A stretch of 63,563 nt of DNA, counting the filler, from Platydemus manokwari (taxonomy: Eukaryota): the NCBI GenBank assembly GCA_037951405.1. It is 6 parts of 6 records of this genome, joined end to end, with 100 filler letters (N's around TTAATTAATTAA, not from the genome) between each part and the next. Parts side by side here need not be neighbours in the genome. Positions count along the whole stretch, not along the records: positions 41,272 to 51,552 come from JBBMOY011149216.1; positions 51,653 to 63,563 come from JBBMOY010395555.1; 4 more parts are not named here. One strand, written 5' to 3'. Under the pieces are notes generated by a model. The model was not told the origin of the DNA. It did no database searches and was given only the letters and a program-made list of their open reading frames with translations. Below are positions 50,284 through 61,305 of this stretch, piece after piece. The translations under genes were made by a program, and so were the position numbers. The first letter of the stretch is position 1; the number at the start of each line of letters is the position of its first letter.

Positions 50284-51552
50284 TTATTAAAATAAATTAA
50301 TTCATAAAAAAATGTTACACTAGGAGAAATAACTCAAAGGAATTCCTAGGAGAAGCGATCTAAATATCTTTGCTTTAATTAGTGTAGTCTGAAAATTTGA
50401 TCGTGGAAATAATAGTGTTCTTTCTAACTTTGAATTGTCAAACACCCTAAATATTCATTTTGATAAGAAAACTCGATAACGAGAATTTAGCTCACTGCTT
50501 ATCTGATTTCTGATAAATTTCTCTGACGTTATATTTTCCAACAGATAGCTTTTACATAACAATTAAATGAATTTTCGATTTTTGTCAGTGATAATAATTT
50601 TTTAATAATCCAAAATATTATATTTCTTACAAAAATCAATAACAATATTATAATTTATTAGATCAACCAATAATGTAAAGGCAATATTTATTGATAAAAC
50701 TGAAATTACATTTCATTGGAAATTATAATGTTATCAACAAATTAGACTACAAATCTGACATGATTTTATAGATCTCGATTATCTGTGAATTGGTTATTGG
50801 GATACTCATTTCTGATTGGTTCCGAAAGTTGTATGGTTGGTGATTTTATAATCAAGATGAATTTCCATAATTAGTTAATCAATGACTATAATCGTTCCAT
50901 TTGGGTATTTCTGTCTTAGTTTGATTGCCAAGGCAGCTAATGTTTGTCTCGGATAAATCGTCGCTAAGTGGACGGGTTGAACTCAAGTTAAAAATGATTA
51001 TTGTTGTCGAACAGGTTATATTCAAAGATTTAACATCAATAATGGGTGCGAAATTATTGATAGAAAGCAGTTATGATTATGTTTTGTATTTATCAATGAT
51101 TTAATGAAAGAAAAATAGAAATACTTTCACCAGAACATGCTCGATCACAAACTTCTCAGATGGGGAATAACTTGAGGAAAATGTTAGTAAAAAACTAATA
51201 AAATATATTGATAATGTAAACAGGAATTCTTACTGCTGTTCTGATTGAAAAATTAATGTTAAACTCTCCTGAAATGGTTAAAGTTGTGTTACTTGTGTAA
51301 TTCCTTAGTCGACCTTATAACGAAAAACATACATTGAACATGGGTGGTCAATTTTAGATCTTGTAAGGAATAATAACATATAATTATCATATTAAAATAT
51401 AGTATATCTCTACAAGACGTCAAATAAAAGGTTCGAGTGTCAAGAAGAAAGTTTCAAGAATAAAAATAATAAGAATAATATATGAGCTTCCCTTGTCCGA
51501 AAAATGAAGGGGTGTGGTAAAATAGCACATATGGATATATTTATGGCTTGAG

Positions 51553-51652
51553 NNNNNNNNNNNNNNNNNNNNNNNNNNNNNNNNNNNNNNNNNNNNTTAA
51601 TTAATTAANNNNNNNNNNNNNNNNNNNNNNNNNNNNNNNNNNNNNNNNNNNN
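51553..51652. other. Assembly spacer (artificial)
   Basis: N44-TTAATTAATTAA-N44. Confidence 0.98.
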
Positions 51653-51766
51653 GAAATGTATCGAATCCAATGGGCTTTATTTTGATTAATAAACTTATTT
51701 TTTAAGCGAGTTATAGTCTTTTAAAGTTGTTGTTAGATAACGGCCATTATTTTTGCACCAACCTAA
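51653..51766 (-). mobile_element. Tc1/mariner terminal inverted repeat end (truncated by gap)
   Basis: ACGGCCATTATTTTTGCACCAACCTAA|TA is the reverse complement of the mariner TIR plus the TA target site. Confidence 0.75.
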
Positions 51767-51959
51767 TAACATTATTCGATGATGATTTGACAATTTGGTA
51801 AATGATTTTTATGATAATCTGACGTTTTTGAATATTGTAAATAACTGTAATATTTTATTATGTGACATTTATGATGTCATTTATGAAGTTGTGTAAAAAG
51901 ATATGATATAAAAATACGTGGATGAAAAATATTAATATGTTATGTGGATAAAAAAATAT

Positions 51960-52690
51960 ATGAAATAAAAAAAATATTATTATGTATAAATCAAATAAGG
52001 AATAAGACAAGGAATAAAAAGAAATTTGATATTTAATTTAAAAGGTTAATTATTTTATAATATAATTTTTAAGGTTAGATAATTTAATGAAATTTTTAAG
52101 TTAAAGAACTTTTAAAAACAATAAACATTTAGAGTTTAAAGTAAAATAATGGTTTAAAATTTACAAGAGTAGTGGAAAATCCTAGGTACAAAGTACCGAA
52201 TCTCATTTCCATCACAACTCACTCTCGATAAATTCGATATTGCTGATGGCAAAGGCGACAATTAAAACGATATTTTTGGACGAAATTACTTGATTGAAAG
52301 GAAAAGATAAATCGGTAGAAATAAAACCATATTAATTATTTATATTTGTGTTAAAACAAAAGAACATTTCTTTATCCTAAAAACACTGAAGGATCCACTT
52401 TTGGGGTTCATACAATAAAATCTATACTAATTTTGTAATGTATATAGTTTAATCCTCACGATCTCGGTGATATAACTTTACCAAGTTGTTTATTTAACAT
52501 TATCGTTTGAGTTAAATTGGTTGAGCTAATTTTATTTGTAAATTTTTGTTTATAGTATTTTTTTATAAAGTTTTATAAAGATGGTATTTGCCTTTTATTT
52601 ATTGATCTCTAAATTTACCTAATAAAAGGAACTCACGCTGTTGGGTTGATTAAACAACAAAAAACATCTACCACGACCCAACATAAATTA
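51960..52690 (+). repeat. Dispersed structured repeat, copy C
   Basis: Closely matches copy A over the first ~250 bp. One arm of the junction is deleted (52169-52215). Hairpins at 52390-52410, 52455-52470 and 52630-52647. Confidence 0.8.
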
Positions 52691-52701
52691 ATTCTTTAAA
52701 C

Positions 52702-53097
52702 CATGGATTTCCAAAGTGAGCGCTGCAATGATCCACAGGGTCCGTGGTGAATACAAGCTCATTTGGGGGCGATAATACTAAAAGAATGTAAGAAAGCGAT
52801 TATTGAAAATTTTGATGTATCTCGTTTACTCAAAACGCTTATATTGTCTTCAAACAAAGTGCTGTACATTCTCACTATTTTTTATCGAATTATGTGTAAT
52901 CGCGCACTCAAAATGCATTGTTTCTATCTAATTTATTTATCTTTTTTATATATTTAATGGAAAAGATAGTAACATTAAGATTTTTTTATAAATTGCTATT
53001 AAAAGTTAAAAAGATTTGGTGTGGGTTAGTTTGGGGACGCTAAGTAATATTTATTCTGAAAAGGGAGCGGTATGCCCGAAAAGTTTGGGAATCGCTA
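52702..53097. mobile_element. hAT-type MITE (~396 bp), diverged
   Basis: Degenerate TIRs CATGGATTTCCAAA / TTTGGGAATCGCTA; 8-bp TSD CTTTAAAC / CTTTAAAG (7 of 8 match). Confidence 0.65.
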
Positions 53098-56000
53098 CTT
53101 TAAAGGAAATAATTTTAAGAAAATTGTTCTAATTTTACAATTCATAATTGAGCTCTTATTGATTTATGTAGTTATAGTACACCCGACTCCAAACTGTGTA
53201 TGTAGATGAATTATAAACGATATTACTAGAGTTAATAAATAACAACAGAATAGATAAAAATATAATTTCTATAACAAATTATACAATTTCTGGAATGAAT
53301 ACAATTTCTGAATAAAGTATTATAGATTTTCAAATATTGGACTTTATTAAGATAGAGTTAATAGTTTAGTTGAGTTCCTGTGACAATGCTAGTAAGATTT
53401 ATTTTAGTAGTGGTTAGATCTAAGGACACCGTAACCACTGAAATTGCTTTGTATTTGATTTTCGGATTTTAGTTTTTGATTTTAATTCCTAGTTGAGCTG
53501 GGTTCAATCTATTAATAGTTCAGTAGGTGTATAAAGTGTATAGAAATAATAATAACTATTAAGTAATCGAATAATAAATACTATGATAGAATTAAATGAA
53601 TTATATCGACTTTTAAAGGGTTATTAATTTCAATAGGTGCTTTATCTTTTTAAATATTACTGGCAACTGAAATATAGTCTCACTGATTTCTTTCGATGGA
53701 TCACAATCTCCTCAATGGGCCGAAATATACATAGGATATATTGGGCTTTGTCTCTCCCCAGTAATACTAGTTGCAGGTTCAGATAAAGAGCCAAAATATA
53801 TGAGATATATTTGTCTTGGTTTCTCATTGGCGACGCTCTCAGTATATTTAGATAAAGAGCCGAAATATACAGAGGGTATATTTGGCTTTAAAGAGATAGA
53901 AAAGGTTCTTCGATATATAACTTCTATTTTCTTGACGTCTCGATTGACCTAAGTCGGTATTCAATATTGTACTGGTGCGTGAGACTTGTTAAAGTTGATT
54001 TTATAATTTGTTTATAATTTGATTTGATAACTTGGAATAGTTGCTGTAAATCCCAATTAAAATTCGTCATCCGTTTCGTTATTATTCTGATTTGGTTGTC
54101 AACTTGAAATTTGGCGTCTCTCAGATAATTCCTGATAATTTCACCGGATTTTCAGATTTATCAAATGATAACTTTTCGGACGACCTTGATGAATAAGATG
54201 CCACTTTTATATTAGTAATTTATAATTTTTTTTATAGTTACTCATTAATTTAAGACTTCATTGTTGTTATTTTTGTCTTCTTAATTATTTAATAGTTATT
54301 TTTGGTATTTTTATTATTTTGTTCCTATTTTAGGGATTATTTTATTCTATCTTAGGTTGTTGTTTTATTTTTAGTTATTTCCTTATTTATAGAATTGAAA
54401 TTAGTCATTTTTGCTAAAAAATTTCTAACTTATTAATTAAACTTTTTATTTATTAATTATAATTATTTCCTTATTATAGGGTTATGCCCAAAACTATTAT
54501 TTATTTAAAAACAATGATGACCAGTTCAAGTAAACGATTTGATAAAAGCATGTTGGCTTAATAAGAGCTGCATTTAAAACTAAATCTTATATCTAGACAC
54601 TTATAATAATCGAAATCTGATATCAAGGTATTCATGAGAATTTTTCAAGATTTCTAACTTTAATGCAGTTAGAGAGATTATCTTAAATTGTTTGAAAACA
54701 GATTTTGAAAATTTTAATCAAATAGAGCCAAGCACCATTTACTGAGTAATATCTGATATGTGTAGTACCTTCTTCTCCTTCTTCCATTGCTATGCATACT
54801 CAGTCTGGCCAGATAGCATCTGTTGTTTCAACCTCATTTTGAATATTCATATCAGCCTATTTTCTATGGTTCAAATCCAAACTTCTGTCAATAAATTACC
54901 ACAATTCAAACCAATTTTGTCAATCTGAACCTGAACATAGAACATTGAATTATTTGAAAATATCACAATTGAGCCAGCTGACATTTACTGTGCTATCTCC
55001 AGCATTGGAAACCACCTTTTCTTTTTCTATATACCCAGTCTGTGCGCATAGGTCTACACATTTTTAAACAGACTTTCAATCCAGTGTTCTCTGAGAAAGT
55101 ATGCAAAGAATTTAAATCTGACTGTGACAACCAATCAACAACATATTCTCATCTAAATCTTCCACCTCGTTGATCGTTTATTAGAAAATTCAAAACTTCC
55201 AATTCAATCAGTATCATGATCTGGAAAATTCAACTTGACCAATGCCTCAAAAAGAAAATCATCAATTATTCAAACTACCATTCGGAGCTGAACAAATCCA
55301 TCTTTCATTTCGTTCACTTTCACTTTCAGACCAGTCAGTAAAATCAATTAGTTTACGACAACTCGGTGCCAAGTAGAATTCAGTCTTCGAACTTTGACAA
55401 CTTCCTATTCCAGCATCACTGCCCATTGCGATTGTAATATGAGAACCATCATTTAACCCACATTTCTGACCATTTGTGCATTTTTTGGTCTGTCGAAAAA
55501 CTTTCCAAAAATCTGTTCAATCATCTTCATCAAGAAAAAATTATCAAACAAATCTAAAATTCATTGTGAAATGCAGATAATGGAGGCTCCCGTCTGTATG
55601 GATCGTAGATGTATCTTTCGTCCGTACAAGGAATCTGATCTTAAAGAAAATTAATTTACAATTGATGTGAGAGTTTTTCCCAACGCGTCGCGAGAGAAAT
55701 TGTTTTTATGAGTAATAAATATTGATTCTTTTTTCCTTAATAATTGACTATTATACTATAACTCACAATGCAATCTATAAATTTCGCTCAATTCGGCACT
55801 ATTGGTTCTTGATTTATCAAAATATTAAAGAAAAAAACCACTGTCTCTTAACAAGCATTCTTACATATAAAAAGGTGATGATTATGACAATAATTTATAG
55901 CTAACACGATATGGTGACACAATTTCTGTTATTTGCTAAACAAGATGAAAACAAAATCGAGCCGAATTATGAACCAAAATATATCACCGTTGCCTTTGTA

Positions 56001-56792
56001 GCAATTTTATTTAATTATTATTTTCATTGTTTTTTGAATTTTAAATTGTTCAAAAATTTATATTTATAATATTATAATTTATATTTATTTATGCATCAGA
56101 TCTCAACAAATACACGAAGAGATATAAGCTTCGAAATTAATATAATAATTTAAAGCTTTCAAATACTAATATATAATAATAAATAAATGAATATATTAAT
56201 TGAATATAATTTGATTTAATTATTGCCTGAGAAAAATAATGCAAAATAAACAAAATTGTACATCTTCAATCTTCTCGAATGACTTTACAAGTAAAGTTAA
56301 ATGCTAAATCCAGCGGAAATCTCTCAGAGTCAGAGTAAAGTCTGTGACTAATGATTTCGTGTTGGAATTCTACTCTCCTCAGAATTTATTTCCAATAGAT
56401 CGGCACATCAACTGCTACTATTCCATTCGATCCAAATTCAAAATGATTTAAGACGAGCAACCTAAAATTTTAATTATTCACCTTACTTTATCAAATTATC
56501 GTGATTATTTTTATCTTTTAATATTAACATATTTTATATTTGAAATCGTAAGTTAAGAATTATTTGACCTTGTATTCTCATGATCATCAAACTTATTCAG
56601 AAGAAAATGAAACACCTGACTCCAATAATCCGAGATTTATTTGATAAATGCATAACAGGTAATATATTGCTGAAATACGAAAATGTTCCTGAAAAAATAA
56701 AGGGCTACAAGTGTAGCAATTATAAAAATGGACAATGAATTAAAAATACCAAAATGAAATTTTCGATGATTAATAAAAAGATGACGTGAATT

Positions 56793-57720
56793 TCACGCAA
56801 ATGATTTTTGCCAATAAAAATCTTCTCCAGAGTGATTGTAGAGATAACATTGGTTATCTTTATCAATTATAAACGAGACACAGGTTTCAGTTATTTGACA
56901 TGCTACAGCACAATCGATTTCCTTTTCAACGACAAATTTATTCAGATATTTAACTTTCGTACAGAGAAAATCGGGTGCGCGATAAATATCAATCAATAAA
57001 ATCATTAATTACATAGTGTAAAAGAAATTATTTACAAATCATCGAATTTTCTTTGACGAAATTCAATCCGAAATTTCCACTTCGCAAATATTGGTCGCTT
57101 CTTCTTTTATATGGTTTCGAAATAACAATTGTCTTGACTACTTGTATTCAACATTCAAATATAATCAATAATATCATGAAATGTTACAAATCTTGTAAAA
57201 TTGAACTCAATCATTATTTGTGAGGTGAAGGCGGACGTGGATAATAATTGAAAATATAAAAAACAGTCGAATCATTTGTGAATAAAGTTCGGTTTAAAGA
57301 GCTTCCATCGATCTGCTCGGCCATAAATCCGCATCTTTGTAATAACTGCCAATGCGTCGAGAACAATCATCCAATATTTTACAGAATTTTCACCAAAGCT
57401 ATGGTAACAAGAATCTGAATAATAACCAATTAATTGAAAATTAAATCATCTTCATTATTATTTTCATATTTTACTGTGATCTATGTTCCCATTCCGATTT
57501 CCATCTACTGCTCGATCCGAAGTAGATCTAAATGTTTGATATATCTGTTCCACGTCATTATTCGCAAATGTTGGTCGTTTTATCGAAAAAATATCTATAA
57601 AAATATAATCATTTTAATGATATATATTTAAAAATCATCATTTTGTGCCAAGACACAACACTTCATTAGAAAACTAATGCAATATGACAAAAATTGATAA
57701 CAAATATTGAACAAGCAATT
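56793..57720 (-). pseudogene. F-type lectin (fucolectin) plus PAN/apple domain gene, disrupted
   Basis: Exon 57594-57475 (KRPTFA..SDRAVDGNRNG) and the exon starting at 57414 (SCYHS..YWMIVLD..IYGRAD) fit the F-type lectin domain. TNICEVEI near 57075-57100 is its C-terminal motif. PAN-like CAVACQITETCVSF..CYLY at 56793-57005. In-frame stops, a frameshift and no usable GT donor after GRADR. Confidence 0.7.
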
Positions 57721-57964
57721 AATCAATGAAATTTTAAGGATATGAATGTTTGTTTAACTTTTATTTATTGATTTGGTATTATACGTCTGCATTTTTATAT
57801 TGTAGCAAATAAAATTTATCATTTTTTGTTCAAATACTGATATTAATAATGTGTTTGACAAAGACATCAGCCAATCTCATCTAATATATCTAAATAATTG
57901 AAGTTTCTAATTTTACATTTTATTATAATAATTTATTAGACTAAAAATATGCTAAATATTTTTC

Positions 57965-59300
57965 GTAATTCTTTATTTACAGAGATCTACTGTATTGAAA
58001 AATTGAAAAGACCGGCTTAAATATTTAGAAATTTTGAATATGATTTACAACAATTACCATGTTATGCACAAAAGTTTTACTCCTGATTAAGTAAATACAT
58101 CTTGGGAGGTTAATTTGGTCGTACCAACTGATAATTACGCAATTACTAATCAATATGCAATCAAACAAATATACATACACAATATACTTACCACATTCAC
58201 ATTTCCATTTACAAATCACCCTTACATCCCCTCTCTTTTAAAATCTTTCAACCACAATCTTTCATGTCTTTAAACTGTCTGCGCATTCCTGATTTCGAAT
58301 AAAATGATCCTTTTGACTGTAGATATCTTCTGTCTGGGTTCTGAAACTTCTCAAACTGTCGTCGTGTTGGTGCACTGCTATCACTTCTTCTAGGGAATTT
58401 AATGTTGGGTTGATTGTTTACTCTGCACTGACATTGAAAATGACCATTTTCACCGTAGTCAAGGCAGTGTGCATTGCTGCATTTAGCTCTGATGTGTTCG
58501 AGTTGACTGCAAGCTTCACATTGTCGAGTTTATCTCCAGGTGTTTTGATATTTTACATTTGGTGACTACCTTTTCGTTTCATGTTGTCGAATTGAGAGTT
58601 GATTTCTCCCTATTTGAGCATTCTATTGCTTTGTATTCCTTGTTATCTCTGCATATGACAACTTTATATGAATCACAGCAAGTTATTCTTATCCCTGGAT
58701 TTCTTTTTGAATGTCTTTGATATTCTGAATAACATCTTTTGCTTGGTGCACTGTTTTCACATTTCACATTTCCATCTCTTTTTTATTTCCACATCCTCAA
58801 TTGCGTGTTGTGTGAAAAGCATTATTAGATTTGACAAAATTCTGGACGTTGGTAGCCATGTTAGTAATAAGACTTTTAATAAGGAATGATCTATTTTAAA
58901 GAAATTACTATGCTATGTACGTCGTTTTATTTCTGATGATATAAATACATCTTGTGCAATCACTAATCAACATGCAATCAAACGAACATACATGCACATC
59001 ACACTTACCGCATTCACATTTTCATTTACGAATCTCCCTTGCAAGAATAAAAAAGCGTATGTAAAAATTGATAATATAAAAAAATCTAAATTCCATGAAC
59101 ACTCTATCAATACCTGAATAATGTTTGTTTTATATTTTCCTGACAAAAATTTGTTGAAAATGAATTGCGATATTTTGACAAAAATAATGGCAAACACATT
59201 TACATTGACTGCAATTTTACAAATAAGAATTTATTAGTTAAGTTCGATATTTGATTCATAAACTTCTCTTTCCGACTTTATACTGTTACAGAGTACCAGT
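57965..59300 (-). mobile_element. Decayed LTR retrotransposon: gag relic, PPT and 3' LTR
   Basis: Two zinc knuckles, CEACSQLEHIRAKC and CLD(Y)GENGHFQCQC, at 58520-58425. PPT AAAAGAGAGGGGA at 58239-58227 is directly followed by TG at 58226. Outer boundaries are approximate. Confidence 0.7.
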
Positions 59301-61163
59301 AAGCTTATCCTAAATTGTAATAAATAAAAATTTATTAAGTAAAATGAAGTATGTTTTAGCGAGTATTGCGCTTGAGAAAATATCTACTGTACGGTTATTC
59401 TAAGATACAATAAACCCATTGTAATAAAGTACTTAATAATATTGCCTATCTTTGAGGCTTATCGTTAAAATGGAAAAATGCACTGATTTAATTTCCCTTT
59501 TATAATAATTTTTGAAATTATTTTTCATGGTATGTCTTTAAGATATTTTTCATTTCAACGTGATTTCATTAATTTTACAAGATCTATACTTATTTTATTA
59601 AAATATTGCCAAATTCACTGATTTGCAGTTTTACTTTCTTATTAATAAAAATATTTGTTGATTTTGAAGGATTTATTTTCCGTTTATTTTTAATTCTCGC
59701 AATGTTATGGTTTATTTATTGTTTAAAGTTATCCCTGTTGATTTAATAATTATTTTTTTATACAAGCATGATAATTATTCGAATTAAGTTAATTAATTTA
59801 ATGTTAAGTTTAGAACTACTCTAACTTAATGATTAGGTCTTATTCTCCTAATCTGACTTCTACTCAAATTCGGATGCACACTAAATAAAAACAAATATGT
59901 CTTTCTTACTAAGATAAATTTATATTATAATTTACACCAAAAATAAAGTCAATTGATCACAAGTCCCAATAAATTCACGTTAATAATTCGACGACCAAGT
60001 CCCGATACTTCTTTTAAATACCTTAACTCAGAATCTACTCCTGGATAATATCACACTAAAATACACTACAGGACTAATTAGAGCACTGCTAATACCAAAA
60101 ATACCTTGAACATTACTTTTAATCCCATGCAACTAGACTTGTTACAGGGCTAACTAATTTACCAAAAAACATCTCACATTTTGAAGTCTCTGGTTAAATG
60201 GGCAAAAATAAAGAATTAACTCGCTCTTTATATACTTATTTTCGTCATGCACAGCCTTTCTGTGTGCATCATGTTGTTTATACTTACTACAACATGAACC
60301 TTATATTTATTTATTCTAGTTACCGGAAATAGACGGTAATTGTTATTGTTATCTTTAAATTACCATAATTGCACTTATTAGTTAAACTTACAAATTCATA
60401 TTACTTAATAATTTAATCTTTGAAATTAATATTTTGTTTTATTTTAAATGTCACATTTTAATTAATGGTAATTTAATTCCATTTTGTGTAATTATTTTTT
60501 TGGTTAAGACCATTTATTATCAAATTATTTTTACTTATTTACTCTTGATAATGTTTATTTTATCTTTCATTTTATTTATTTTGTCCTATATCGCTTATTT
60601 TAAAGCTCATAGTTTATAATGTATGGGTTTATAATTTATAAATAAAAAAATTATAATTAACATTTCTTATTTTATTTATTTAATTCAGAAATCTGCTTTC
60701 TCAACACAAGGTAGGTTTGCCGTAAATTTAGAGAACAAGACATGGGAATATAAATGTCGATGATTATTATTTATCTATGGTTTTTTTTATTTATCTCCAA
60801 TTATTTTTTACAAATCAATTAAATCGATATTTATGAAACCAAACTGCTTATAATTTTCCAAAATGATTGATTTAAACAAAAATTTAAATTATCTATTTTA
60901 TGAACCGCTATTTATTTTATTTTTTCTTAGATGCAGTCGCCCTCAAAGATTCAAAAGTTAGTTTGTGAATGAAAATTCTGTTCACTTTTAGGCCACTGTC
61001 AATAAATGAGGAGTTGTTGCTTGATTAATTATTGATGTCTATTTAAGAAGTTATCATCTATTGCTTGTAACTTGAAACTATTTTCAGAGAAAAACACAGC
61101 CTAGGATATTAAATATTGAAATAAAAAGAGTACTAGCTGTTGGGGATTCATTGGAATCAATAT

Positions 61164-61305
61164 CTGAAATCATAAATATATAATTAATGAAATATTAAAT
61201 TCAAAATTTCTTACTTAGTTTATTGACAATCCTGAAATCATAAATACATAATTAATGAGATATTAAATTTAAAAATTTGTACTTAGTTTGCTGACAATTC
61301 TGAAG
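61164..61305. repeat. 68-bp tandem duplication
   Basis: CTGAAATCATAAATA..TACTTAGTTT..GACAAT occurs twice, at 61164 and 61232. Confidence 0.85.

Noticed and set aside
50660-51020. FN3-like fragment (NVKAIFIDKTEITFHWK)
   Set aside because: Multiple stops and only one short motif.
54700-55620. Decayed coding-like minus-strand sequence (similar cases at 16700-17600, 26900-28200 and 44760-45800)
   Set aside because: Probably transposon relics, but no diagnostic motif was recognised by eye.
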